Source: Callorhinchus milii
Taxonomy: Eukaryota
Length of the DNA: 64,000 nt
Assembly: GCF_018977255.1 (NCBI RefSeq)
Contig: NW_024704742.1
Location: forward strand, 105,836,001-105,900,000
Direction of reading: 5' to 3'
Every line of letters begins with the position of its first letter. The stretch's first letter is position 1. A model generated the notes under the pieces. It saw only the letters and a list, made by a program, of their open reading frames with translations. It was not told the DNA's origin and did not search any database. Both the position numbers and the translations under genes were made by a program. Positions 27,398 to 41,035 of this stretch are shown here, one piece after another.

Positions 27398-30300
27398 ACG
27401 CCAGAAGCACTAACGATTCACCTTTATTAAACAGACTTCGTTCTTTGCTTTGCAAAAAAAAATCTGCTGTTTAACTCAAATACTAACGTTTTGTGGCAAT
27501 CAGCTTTCAAAAATAAACAGCACTTGGAATATAGCGTTACCTCACTGTCATGTTCATTCAACATTGACTTAGGACTGAAAGCCTTGATCTCTCACACGCA
27601 TTCACTGTGATCACCAGAAGAAATGTAGAACTGTGTGGGGTTAAAAAGTTACAATATAATGACCACAATCTGTCCTGCCCCACAATGTCACAAAATCTAC
27701 CAGCAAGGATGTGAATTGCGAGTAAACTAAAACAAATAAATCTAAATTCTCAGTCTGTTTCACCTTTGGGATTGCCAGTTTAGTACTCCTGTGTTGTATT
27801 GATTGAACTAAAACGATGTTTGGGATCCACACAGCTTTAAGGGTAAAACATTAGGGATGCACTTTTTATTATTTATTTCAGTCCTTCCCTGAATATCTCC
27901 CAAATCAAATTAAATCATAAAATACATGAATATTGAAAAGACTCCTGTCTGGTTTACTGGTGCGTGAATGCACACAAATCCCCTGTTTTGGACGGCCTGT
28001 TTATTAGCTTTGGTTCTGAACTGATTCATATGCAAACTGTATTGAACGCGATTAAATGTACATTTGATTTCCTGTCATATAAAACACACTGAACATACAT
28101 TCCTCACGGCACGTAAATGACAATTCATTTGATACAGGTTTTCCCAAGGAATACATGCATTCACATCTTCTACAAATGTAACCTTTTTCGTGACGCCTCA
28201 CTGCAAAACATAAATCGATTAGCACGGATTCATTGTGCATGTGGTGCACTATTTATGACCAAAGAAACATTTGATTCCAGTTGTGCAGTAATAAAATTTC
28301 GATATTAAGATATTAAGATGGGTTCGGTAGGAGGTCTGAGCCCAAATTACTCGCTTTGTCAAAAACTACAGTCCTGAGCTTTGCAAGAGCAGCTGATAAT
28401 GTGCATACTTCAGGCTAAACCCCTTTCCCCATCACTCTGAGAAACACTTTGCCTTTCTCACTCTGATTGTGAGTTAAAGTAATGAGCTAGAGTACTCTGA
28501 TAAACCTTAATCTTTCTTTCTTGTTTGCTTGTACTGCAACAGAGAGGGGGGAAAAAACAGTTTGATGCCATCAGTTTAAACATCTATATCACATGTGGTT
28601 AAAATAACACACATCAAATAGGGATCTGTTAGGGGCCACGTTAAACACTGACTATACAGGAAATTAAAGGTGTTTATGTTCAAGAATTAACAACTGATGA
28701 ACAGGATACATTCATTGTATAATTACAAAAAATCTTTCATCGGTTAATGAATATGGACATTCTTTATATGTGGCACCTAACACACAATATTTAATACATA
28801 ATATTTTAGTACATAATATGGTTTATAAATGGTGCATAATAGACGCCAATTGTCCTCAATCACACCCACCGAACAATGCACACAATGACATGAAACCAGT
28901 GACATCACTTCTTTAATCGCACAAGTGAAGGTTTAGATGAGAATCAAATCAAAAATTGCAATCTCTCTCATTTACCAGACCGAAGAATAGTATTGTTCCA
29001 GCAAACGGTCTCTTCAGCTGAGATCAGATAAACAGGATAAGAATACAGACTAAGCGATCAAAGATAAACAAAGATAAAAATACATTCGGAACACATTTTT
29101 TTGGACACATTTGACAAATTTAACTCCATAATAAAAGACTGGGGATTCATCAAACGTGTACACACAGAAAATTAAAATGCAGAGAAGAGAAAGCTGGGAT
29201 AAGGTAAACAGTTATGCAATGTTTGAAGACTGAGATGCTGGTGCAGGCAAATATAATTATAATTCACTAAATATTTTGTTGGAGGAAACTAAAACACTCT
29301 AAATTGCCCGTGCAAAAATTCAAATACTGTATGTTCGATTACTTGGGAAATACCTTAAACATTCTTGTTCTGCCTCTGGTGAGAGACGTGGGAATATAGA
29401 GTTACTTAAGCCGCTAATTGTAGCAGATGAAACGAAACGGCCTTCCTTAAAGATCACTTGTGGAAAAGGGACAATGCAGGGAATGTGAGCAAAACAAACA
29501 GCCCAGGGACACAATACAGACAGATCACTTGATATGCAAGCCTTTGAAAATTCATGCAGTTATTTATAAATTCAGGAGTCGTGAATTAACATTGGTGAGC
29601 CGGTGTGTGTTTTTAAATACTGCATATAAATTCACCAGCAGCTTTTTGAGTGTGACATTACAGAGGTAGAGCAAATGCCCTTGGCACGGATTCCTCACTG
29701 GTCTTGCATAACAGAAGTCCAGCCAGACCCACACTGTGTGTGACCCACTTTGCTCAGCACACAGCAAGTGCTAGGTTAATTACTGTATTCCTGAACCGAA
29801 CAGATCCACCGATTAAGGATGTGACTAACCCCAGTCGTTCGATATTATATAACCACTTTACGTTTATAAAACCAAGATTCACCCAAAGCGTTTCAATCAC
29901 TTTCACTTTTTATTTTTCAATCGCACTCTAATCGTACTTTTCTCTCATGCGATCATTTATAATTTATGATTGAAGGGCATCAGCCACTCTGCAGTAATGC
30001 AAAACTTTCTGAAGCACATTGTGGACGTGATGTTGGAAACCAGTCTGGGTAACGCTGTGACTACCCGCTATAATAGTCATAATATAATATAATAGTTATA
30101 ATATAATATATATTAAGCCATAATAGCTTACCCCGCATAATAGTAATGATAGCAATAATTCTTGCATTTGATATAGCGCCTTGTCGCGTCGTTGAGACAT
30201 CTCAAAGAGCTTCACAAAATATATTGTAAAGTGGATTGACCGTGTATTTTGTGGGCGAAATGCGACAACCAATTGTGCACAGCAGTGTCCCACAAACAGT

Positions 30301-31477
30301 TGTGGATTGAATGACCAGTAAGGTTCCAACTTACCTCTAGGTAAACAGAGGCGCGTGGACTAAGGAAATTTGCCTAAGGTTTCGCCCCGCCCTAATATAC
30401 AAGAAAAACTACAACAACCAAAAATTACACTCGTATAGTGCCCTTCACGTCGGAAAACACCCGTCTTTTGGGAAAAGACATATTCCCAGACCATTGACCT
30501 AAAACAGACATATTCCCAGACCATTGACCTAAAACAGTCATTGGTGAACCCAGGTTACTGGTCAGCTGACCCACACAAACCGATTTTCCACTTTCACCTT
30601 CACTCGCACCTTAAACTAAATGTAACCTCCAAGATCAGGTTCCGATGGAGACAAAAAAAAGGCAAGTAGGAAATTCATTTTGTGGTGATATTATTTTCAC
30701 TGACAGTTTATCATTCCACCACAGGGAGTAGATCTGAATTATGAGTACAATAGTTTCTAAAACATAACTGGAAAAGGGGTGAAAGAAAATCACTTTAACA
30801 ATATTAAAATAAGGGGAGGGAGGGTGCTCACTTTAATCTCGAAGACTCTGGTTTGATTTGTGGCCTGCAGTCAGTCAATATTCCTATTAAACTGTGTTTA
30901 CCTACATTAAAATAATTGCAGAAAACCTTGTTACCAAGAAGATGTACACTTTATGTATTCCTGAAGAATAAAATCTCGAGGAAATCTTGTCACTGCATTA
31001 AATAAACAGCTTCCCGAATGGTGGACTAAACCGCACTGAAAATCGTTTCCAACCACATAAAGACATTTGTTTTATATGGATGAATTTCTCTGTGTCTTTT
31101 TCTAAATCCAATCCTCTGTCTGCAGGCGTGCTATGCCTATGATTTATGTATTTAATATTTCACTGTAGAAATATTACACACACCTTTCATATCAAGGAAC
31201 TGAGAACCCTGAAAATATGACCATTTTGCTTTATTGTCATTAATAAAACGTTGGTACATTTGGCTATATATATCACGTTTATTCTTGGAAAGCACAAAGT
31301 CAGAATACTTGATATTTACAATTGAAACGTATGGATTTTGAAGGACACGTGCTCATTTTGCAAGTGATTGTTGGCTATAGCATTAGGAATAATCAACAAA
31401 ATCGCTAGCTTTGGGAAGTATCAAACCATCTTCAGAAAATACACTAGAAATGGATATTTTTACCCCGTGTTTATGAT

Positions 31478-32210
31478 TATATCAGTATGTTTTGGGGTTA
31501 GGATTGGATCAGGGTGTTTTAGGATTAGGATTGTTTCAGTGTGTTTTAGGGTTAGGATTTATATCAGTGACAGTCTCGATAGTCTGGTGCATGAGCCAGG
31601 CGGGTCCGCAGTATTCCAGGGCACTGCTGATGACCACATAGCCAGTCTGGCTGATCGGCAGGACCTGGAAGGGCAGACCAGTCACTGGGAGCGGGGAGTC
31701 ATCCCACTCAGCTAATCCTGTTAACCCTGCAAACCTAAACCCTAACGGGTAGGGTGGTCCTAGCTGGACAAGCAGCGGGAAAGCTTGCCAGACAGCAATA
31801 TCAGTGGCAAGCTATGTGGTTTTAGCTAGTTAGACTCCAGCAGTATAGCACCACACCCGATTCCCCAAGCCTGAGCTCTTGCCAACCTGCGCCTAACACT
31901 TTCCAGAATAGGTAAGCAGGATGAGTCCCACCAGGGAGAGAGTGCGCATTCTATTCCAACAATTTATCCCTGGGATTTCCATGTGTAGGTGGGAGGCATG
32001 GAAATCTCAGCTTGGTTTGGATACTCTTAAGCACGGTGATGGGTGTCCGCTGACCAGAAAAAAAAGGTTTATATTTTTATGTGTTTTAGGGTTAGGATTT
32101 ATATGAATGTGTTTTAGGGTTAGCATTGTATCAGTGTGCTTTAGGTTTGCATCAGCGTGTTTTAGGGTTAGGATCAGGGTGCTTTAAGGTTAGGTATCAG
32201 ATTAAGGTGA
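31478..32210. repeat. Degenerate ~27-30 bp minisatellite containing TTAGGGTTAGG, interrupted by a ~500-bp insert
   Basis: Units like tcagtgtgttttagggttaggatt at 31478-31568 and 32080-32210. Confidence 0.8.
31565..32065 (+). mobile_element. Unclassified structured dispersed repeat ending in an A-run
   Basis: 31755-32025 aligns by eye to 5502-5760, and 31722-31772 aligns to 130-182; several internal hairpins; A-run at 32058-32065. Confidence 0.65.
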
Positions 32211-35200
32211 CTGCAGAAATTGTTGGCTGAGGTTTTAACCCATTGCCACATCACTCCACTGCACAGAGCAGCCTGGTCTCACATTAGCAGCTGTGCATTT
32301 CCTGGGAGTGCGGCTGAGTCCCTGGGTTTGCTTTCTCCCGCTGGCTTTAATTGTCAGCTCATCATTGGCGTGTAAAACGAGACCCATCAGCAACATAGCA
32401 GAGGTCTCACTGGGACAAAAACCCTTTGATCGGTCGCCAACCCCAGGTCACTAAAACAAGCTTCCTTTTTTTTCAAGGGGGAGGGAGGAAAGCACTTTAT
32501 AAGGAAAGATCTTATTCAATATCCTCTCTCCCAATGATCTTATTAAATAGCCCCCAGTCTGCCCAATGATTTAATAAATACAGTAACACCCCCACTTCTC
32601 CCCCCAATACATGTTATCAAATAATCCCCAATCTACTTTTTTGCAGGGATGATAGATCCCAGAGCCAAGCTGCGTCAGTTTCTTAAGGGAAGCAGATCAC
32701 AGCTTTATTATTATCCACACATTTTACACAACTTAATCCGACAAAGACTATAATTTTAGCACAAAAACAAAACGCAAACTGGTGAGTTAATGGCTCTGGT
32801 TCAAATGCTTGTTCATTTCAAATCCGTGGTGACAAGTTGATTTCAAACAGCAAGTCTTCGTCAAGTGTAAAACAGTTCCATTGTTAAGTGGGCTGAGGAG
32901 GGTCGTTTACTGGTGTGTGTGTGTGTGGGTGTGGGGTGGGGGGAAGGGTCGATTACTGGTGTGCATTTGTGTCTATGTGTGTTTGGGGGGGGGAGGGTCG
33001 ACTCCTGGTGATAGGAGCTTGAGATGGGGAGAGGACTTTTACCCATGAGTGGGATGGGGAGGGAGGTTTAAGGTCAGATTTTTTGCAGGCACTTCATGCC
33101 TTTCAGCCTCTGGCCAGTTAATGACAATCCCCATGGTTACCATGTGTACACATATCTTGAATGCCCAGCACACATTAAAGAGGCTGACTGGTGAAAAAGT
33201 ATTTGTTTTTTTTAAAATGATGTAAATTGATTTGAAAGGCATCGTTGCATCACTTGTCTCTTAATAGGATCATGTTGTAAAGGAATCCTAGTGCTTCATC
33301 TGCCCATTGTGTTCCCAAACAGCACATAGGTTTACAGAGGAGCTTGATTTCCACAGACAGTGGGGCTTTTAATATCAAATCATTGGAGTTTGCTCACCTA
33401 AAGTCATGGTTACTGTTTGGTGATGCGTAAAACAAATCTGAACCCTTCTTATTACAAATGAAGGGACTTTTTGTGTGATGAAGGTTGTACTTTAACTCTT
33501 CTTCAATGAGGTTGGGGTAAAATATTGATCTTGAGCTTAATGACCCCAACATTTCAAGAATGTTTCAATTTAAATATTTATTTAATGATGTATTAAGATA
33601 GTGATCAAAGGACTTTTTTTTCACAAACTTTTTTTTACCCTTCTTTCTTGGAGCAGCTGGATCTTTTCTGGGGTGTCTCCTAGTGTTGTAGCCAACAACT
33701 CCCAGATTTTTAAAAAGATAGTCCTTCACATTATGGTTGTTTGTGAAACATTGCTGTGAGCAAGTGCTTGTTTATAAATACAAGTTGAAATCCTGAGAAG
33801 TGCTTCAAAACTTTTCATTGACATGATAATACACTACATCATATGCAAGGATTATTATTAGCAATCCTCCAGATTAATTGGTCCTTTATTTCATGGCTGT
33901 TTATGAAATTTCTCACGCTAAAGATACCATGTTAACCTAAAAATATAGCCACTACACCTGACAATAGTTGCTTTTGAAGCACATTGAGATATTGCAACAT
34001 GATAAGACACTATAAAATTCCAAGTTCGTTTTTTCTTATTATTCCCTTCTGAATTCACTCTGTGCTCTCTGCCTCCCTGGATAATTAGTTCTTCTTGCTC
34101 TGTGTAAATTAATTAATTAAACTCTGTTCATGATCTCTCTTCCAAGCTTGAGTCTGTCCCATATTGCAGAGTTTGTGACTATGCTAAACATATTATTACC
34201 GTTCAGTTTATCAATATCTTTTAGGATCTAGGATGGGATCTCCACTGAGATCTTCTCCAGTATGAATATTACCAGCTTCCATAACTTCTTCCCATTTGTT
34301 CTTCACAGTCTTCTTAGACTGGTGTAAGCTTCTGTGCCTGCTGTAGAGAATCATCTGAAAGGATTCTGTAAGTTCAGAATCCCATTTTAACAGATATCTG
34401 TCCATATCAAAGCAAATTACTTAAAATATGCCCTACCTCACTTTTTTTTAGAACGTGGTTGCTTTTGCACTTAAAGACAATACAATTACCACATTGCAAA
34501 ACATTGTAGAAATGTTAACTTTGACTTTTATGAATAAAGGCTTCAGTTTAAAAATCATTAGGGTTGATCTTGCAGTATTTCTTAACATAATCCTTAATAG
34601 GAATACAAGTCACACAGATAGGGATTACTTTTGGTAATTGGAAGTATGTCATCCAAATCTAAAGTAACTCTGTTCAGATGCAATCTATTTCTGGAAGATT
34701 TCCAGCAATCAGTGGTATTTCTTAATTGGAATAAGAAATAATGTAATTTTAACAGTATTTCTTGTTCCCATTAAGAAATACCACAAATTAGGTCTCCCAT
34801 TATATTATAAAGTCAATTCCACATTAGGCGTATCTTATGACAGGAGATAAAGGAATGTATGGATTTACTTAATATTTATCTACTGATTTGAGTACATGTT
34901 TTTATTTGACTTCTGTATTCAGTTTTCCTCTTCCAAGCCAGCTCTTCATTTTGAGTCTACAAAGAATTTAGGCGTTTCCAGCAGGTAGGCCTTCCAAAAA
35001 GAAATCTTCTATCTGTTGAATAAAAAGATGGCTTCCCATTATAGAAAATTTCCCATTAGATTCTCGTTTTGCCTGTTTGTTCCCAGGGTCTTGTTTCAAT
35101 GCAGATTTGTTCATTCACAAAGCGATCGATTTTGGACCATATCAACAGTTTTTTTAATACAAAATTATTACAAATGTTTGCTCAGTGTCCATCAAGAGTT

Positions 35201-35278
35201 CTATAGAAATGTATTTACAGTTTGAAATGCAGTATTTTTCATTTCTGAACCGTTCTGCATTAGTATTGTATTTATATA

Positions 35279-35910
35279 TACCTCACCCCTCAGGCCGCTG
35301 AAATTCTTGTTCGTGCTTTCATCACCTCCAGGCTCGACTATGCAAATGCCCTGCTTGTCGGCCTTCCCAACTCCTCCCTCCACAGGCTGCAGATAATCCA
35401 GAACTCTGCAGCCCGTGTCCTCTCCCGCACCAAACTCCATGATCCCATCTCCCCCATTATTGCCTGACTTCATTGGCTCCCTATCCTTCAGAGGATCCAG
35501 TTCAAAATCCTGGTCCTCACCTACAAAGCCCTCCATGGCCTTGCCCCATCCTACCTCTGTGACTTCCTAAACCCCTACCAACCCGCCCACTCCCTCCGCT
35601 CAGCTGGCTCTGGCCTGCTCCACGTCCCCCGACCCACCCGCCCCACCATTGATGGGGGAGCCTACAGCCACTCTGCCCCCAATCTCTGGAATTCCATTCC
35701 CCAATCACTCCGCCTCGCCCCCTCCTTAGACTCCTTCAGGTCCAGCCTCAAGACCCTCCTCTTCGACCATGCCATCGGCCAGCTCCCTTCTCCTCCGCTC
35801 CCTTCTCCTCCCCTGACCCCAGCTCAGTCTGAAATGCTGTACACTCTCCAGCGCCTTGGGACGTCTTCCCGACATGAAAGGCGCTATACAACTGCAATCT
35901 TGTTGTTGTT
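35279..35910 (+). mobile_element. L2 LINE 3' fragment (young)
   Basis: Translates AFITSRLDYANALLVGLP..LQIIQNSAARVL..LHWLP..RIQFKILVLTYKALHGLAPSYL, the L2 ORF2 C-terminus; ends in a stem-loop and (gtt)n. Confidence 0.93.
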
Positions 35911-38900
35911 ATAGTCTGGATACTGTCTAATATCTACTGTACCTAAAAAAAATTAGGAATGAGGAATGAGAAATAATCTGAATTTTTTAGAGATGATAAT
36001 TTTGTTCCTAGTGTGACCAACTGTGCAGGTGTTATAAAGGCTTTGTAGTGTTTGAAAGTTCATATTGTGGCTTAAATTAATTGGATCTGCCCCCGAGCAA
36101 TTGGCTCGGTTATCTTTGTAGCCCACTAGGGTTGAGCATTTACAGATATATTAAACGTGTATACAAAAATATAGCTTAGCAGAAATAACATAATACCATG
36201 TCTGTATCTGGTCATTCAATCCATGACTGTGCGCAATTGGCTGCCGTGTTTCGCCCACAAAATATACAGTCAATTCACTTTACAATATAATTCTATGAAA
36301 CACTTTGAAGCATCTCAATGATATGTTAAGGCGCTATATCAAGGGTTATTATTAATATTTATAGACATTAAATTTATTATTGTAAACTTTTGAAACGTCT
36401 TAGTCTCATCTTTGTAGGTCCCTCCAGCAAGCTGCATTTAGTGGAGAAGATCACATAGTAAATCCAAGAGAGAAAAAAGAACAAGAAAAAGAGAGACCCT
36501 GCTGGTTTTGTCTCATGTCTTGTGGGAAGTGCCTAGCCACTAGTGAGTGCCTTTTTCTAATCGGAAACATACTTAATAGGGAATTGTAAGCCCAAACATG
36601 CATCTTGCCACTGTAATGTACAGCACATGGGTACATCAATGCATTGTGCCACCAGGCTGCTTGAAGGCTGAAGTTTTCACTGGAGTAAAAGTACTAAACT
36701 GTTGAATGGCCTACAGTATCAGTCAGCATGTCATTTGTTTTAGTGTGAGCTGAGCTGTGGCAGATAATAAAGGATTCTCCCCTTTGGTGTCAGTTTAAAT
36801 GAATCTTTCTGTGCATATGCACACAGTCAATCTGTGTAGGTTCACATCCAATCCGAACTTTTGAGAACTGACTTGGATTAGTTCCTGTAGTGACGTTGAA
36901 GTTGTTGGAGTTGAACTGGGAGGAAAGGGAGGAACTAATCATGATGAACATTACTCAGCAGGAACTAGAATGTGTTGGGTGTCAAGTTTCCTCAATTGGC
37001 CTCTGGATCAGAAGGTTGGTGGTTCAAGCCCCATGTCTGGGTTTGATCATATAATCTGGAGCACTGACACTCCAGTGCCACACTGGGCAACATAATATTG
37101 GAGGTGGTGTCCTATGGATCAGATGTTAAACTTAGGTTCCGTCTCCATGCTCTCATAAGGTGCTATAAAAATACAACTTCCTTCTGCTTTTTTAATGGAA
37201 CCAATGCCAGATTTATTGTTCAGATCTATTTGTCTTCAGCTGGTAAAAACTGACCCGATAGTAATTTGATATTAGTCCATAAAAGATCTGGTGTGTTTCC
37301 AAAGCACAGGGCTGTTAAGTTAATATAAACGTATAGTGTAATGGTGCTTTCATTGAATAGTCAAAGCCAGATCTCGCAAAAGCAAAAGACTGTGAAAAAT
37401 ATGGCTCAGAGGTGGAGCACTTTTCTAATTCTATCTTATTGCTGGCTTTCCATTCTTGGATGTTCCATCACCATGTCTGAGTCATACCCCTTTTCAATAA
37501 AATTATCCTCTAAAATCTCTTTACCTTAGTTCCTCTCTGGCTGCCTTCAAAACTCACTTTAAAAACATATCTCCTCGACCTGTGCCTTAGGTCAACATCG
37601 TTAAATTCCCCCTTTTCCCTGCTTGATGCTCATTACAACTGCCAAGTACTTTGAGATGTTTATTCCAATATTCAAAGTACTGCACACACTGTTGCTATGG
37701 TAAAAGCCATAACTGCATTAACTTAAAGCTTTAAACAGGGTGCTAAGTGTCTCAGGTAAATAGAAGTGCCAAACACATTGGTCTTGGTCAGGTGAAAGGC
37801 ATTTGAGGCCTTGCATTTTTAGTGTCAGCTCAAATTAAAACGTTTGAAAAAGATTAAGAATCAGTGAGCATTTTATCTTTAGTGCTCAATAGATTCCTAA
37901 TGAGGTATTAGGTTTTATCAGTTTTCTTAAGCAAGGATTGAAAGTAATACTTATTTAATTAGCTATTCTAATTACTTAAAGTAAACAATTCTTTCATGAT
38001 AATCCTGTTGAGGAATGAGCGAGCATTTTATTACCATTTAGATTCTGCCTTCTTGTATTTGAATGCTGTATTTAAAGTGGCTGATTGTCACAACTTTGGT
38101 GATTCCCCATCTAATCCTATGCTAATGCTGGTGAAAATGTTGTTGCTCCTTGATCTCATTGCAAGTATGGTAAACCTCATGCATAATAAAAAATTGGGAT
38201 GAATTCTATTCTTGTGTAGGAAGTCAGTCCTTGAATAAGCAGTTTTTGTACTCAGCGGCCACAATACATTTTCCTTGCTCTCCTAGAGAGTAATTATTCT
38301 GATGTGTAACTTCATATAGAATAAATGGCCATTCAGTTCTTTTGTATAATTTTCATGGTTATGTATTTTTATTCCTGTACTCTAGCTCCTCGTATTACTG
38401 ACAGTGTTTTATCAGTAATACAGGCAGATGGGTATGATACAGGTGTGTAACTGAGAACAGCTGGTGGGATGGTTAGTTCCTTGTTGTCCTTAGAAATGGA
38501 TGGCTACTTAACTCAAAACATTAACTTTTTTAAAAGAAGGTTTACAAAGCAGGCTTTGGCATTATCAATTGAAATTAAACAAGATCATCTCTTGGGAGTG
38601 ATCTGACTTTGGTGGTGCAAGTCCAAGCTAAGGGTTTTATGCTGACTTTCCTGCCAAAATGTTAGCATGTATAGATGAGACCAGAAGTCCGTACTGTAAA
38701 AAGGCAATAATAAAGATACACAGTCCCACTGCTTTTTTCTGAAGGTGATTGAGTTTTGGTTTAGATTGAAACATTTTTTTACTTGAAATTGTTGCTCACA
38801 ACATTCACAAGCATTCTACTTAAGTTTTCAAAATAAGCTCCCGCTGATCATGCCTGCAAGTCAATGTGATCTCCTGTGGATTCTTTTGTTTGCAAAGTTA

Positions 38901-39869
38901 TATTGAAGAGACATCAAGCAGGAAGAGGATATGGTGAGCAAATATATAGTCTGCGCTAAATTACCAAAGGTGGCACTGACCAGCAGCTGTCTTTTTGATG
39001 TTCATTGATCTGACAGGAAACATTGTCAGAGAAATGTTCTTACTTTTGGGGGCACTGAGGACAAGGTGGTTTGGAGGACAATTGGATTGACAGATGAACA
39101 ACCTTTGCATTTCTGGATGGCAATGGCAGAAGAATTCATCAGAGGTGTTCTTTGGAGACTTGTTCCTTTCATCAGTGGGACTGACTGTGTGACAGAGCCT
39201 GGATCTAGTTTGACTGTAAAAATGACCAGTGTTCTCCTCACTTCCAAACAATAGTTGTTGTTGCCCAAAATGATGAACCCCAAAGTTCGATATTCCTGCT
39301 TTTATTTAAGTGATTATTGCTTTTTCTGTTTCAGTATTTTCTCTCTCTCTCTCTCCCTCATTCTGTCTTTTGGTATTTGTTTCTTTTGGTTGTGTGTGTT
39401 CCCATCTCTTTTAGCTATCCATGTCTTTTAGTCACTTCTGTCTGTTTTCTATTATCTCTTCTCTTTCTTTGACACTCACTTTTCTTTGTTATTTCTCATG
39501 ATGGATTGTTCCTGATAGGAGATAGATGAGTTGGGAAAGGCATGTGGGGGAATATTCCCACTGAGAAATTCTCGACTCTTATTAATTTCGTACTATATGC
39601 TGTGAAATATTAATTTGTTCTGTATTTCATCATTCTCCCTGTAGAAATATAAATTGTTCAATGAGATGTTAACTGATAAATTGTACAAATTTAAAGTGTT
39701 TTTTCCTCTTTGCAAATCCTCCACTCGACCAATCGAATAAAATGTCCACCAATCTTCCTGGAGGATTAAACACGTGAAATATTGGTAAGAATCAACACAT
39801 GAGGCCGCACTACAGTGATATGAAACTTGATAATTTCCATTTCTTTCCAAATTCCGCATACTTACCTAG

Positions 39870-40324
39870 ACTAAACTCTGTACCCCCATCTCACCAGTTC
39901 GGGCCAGGCTCCTCTGGCTTTCCCTCACTGAAAGGATCGACTTCAAGATCCTCACACTTGTGTTCAAATCCTTTCATGCCCTGGCACCTCCCTACCTCTC
40001 CGTCCTCCTCACTCCCCAATCCACCACCCGGCGTTACCGCTCGATTGACACCTCGTGCCCTCCTGCTTTGTCCCTCGCACCCTCCGCTCCACCATTGGAG
40101 GTTGTGCATTCAGCCACTATGCCCCAACACTCTCACTCAATCTCTCCACCTTGCCCCCTCCCTCCCCTTTTTCTCCCCTTCCAAAACCTTCCTTTTTGAC
40201 TGTGCTTACCATCATCTCCCCCACCCATCTACCCCCGACTCGGAGTCATGCTCCACCACTGTTAAGCGCTCAGAGACCCGACCTTGCATGGAGGGCACTA
40301 TATAAATGCAAGTTGTTGTTGTTG
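39870..40324 (+). mobile_element. L2 LINE 3' fragment
   Basis: FKSFHALAPPYLS motif and a (gtt)n tail. Confidence 0.88.
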
Positions 40325-40331
40325 GTTAATT

Positions 40332-40532
40332 GTGGGAACTTTAACGTCCACCTGAATAGACATATGGGGCCTCAGTTTAACGTTTCATCCGAAGTATGGC
40401 ACCTCCGACAATATGGCACCCCCCCACCACTCCACTGGAGTGTAAGCATAGATCTCAGGAGTTCCGAGTCCTGACATGGGGCTTGAATCCACAACCTCTT
40501 TCTCAGAGGTGAGAATGCTACCACTGAGTCAT
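40332..40532 (-). mobile_element. tRNA-headed Deu-type SINE, 5' half
   Basis: Minus strand begins tgactcagtggtagc (A box) .. ggattcaagcccc (B box), followed by the core seen at 1630-1910. Confidence 0.75.
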
Positions 40533-41035
40533 ACAATAGTTTTTACTGAATGCAGAAAAGAAAAACAATCTTCATGACATGCAAAATCAAGCAATAGTTA
40601 CAAGAGTAATCTGCTCTTCTAAAGTCCCCAGAAATGCTTTTTAACATTCTTCTCAGTGTAAATTTGAACAAAACAGAAAGAGTAAAATTATTAGCATCAC
40701 TGCAAAATCTTTGCAAAATATCTGTCCTTGCACAAAAGTCATCATTTTTAGCCATTCTATCTGAAGTCAAAGGCAGTGATATGGTACAGCCCCACTCCGA
40801 AGCCTTGTTAGTAACACATGGGGTTAGCTTTGGGACACTGCTGATTACCGGAAGGATTCACAGTTAGCATCTCTGAGTTGCTATGAGTGAATCCAGTTAT
40901 AAACCACAGCTTTTCAGCTCCACTCTAATTATAAAGTGTCTGAAGCCCACTGGGAAATAATGCATACTGCTTGGCGCAACACTTTAGAGTGGACATTCCA
41001 CAAAATGGTCCATGATGGGCCGATGTCATTATATT

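Larger units (their letters stand above)
23526..27420 (+). other. efna5: Probable efna5 3'UTR (end uncertain)
   Basis: Stretch after the stop codon with no recognisable LINE/SINE, U-rich; AATAAA at 26030-26035 and 27392-27397, both preceded by TGTA motifs. Confidence 0.55.

Noticed and set aside
30476..30537. Exact 30-bp tandem duplication (similar small ones near 4278-4318 and 53707-53780)
   Set aside because: Two adjacent units with no spacer; ordinary slippage duplication, not CRISPR-like.
31730..31775. Telomerase RNA-like template (aaccctaac; ccctaatgagaagg at 148-161)
   Set aside because: No recognisable pseudoknot, CR4/5 or H/ACA motifs, and the segment is multi-copy.
31905..31956. 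Hammerhead-like gatgagtcccaccagggagagagtgcgcattc
   Set aside because: Both core motifs deviate (no CUGANGA, no GAAA) and the copy at about 5660-5710 does not preserve them.
38961..39283. Overlapping ORFs with a faint KTAAGQC..W motif
   Set aside because: No other supporting domain motifs or splice structure; too weak to call.
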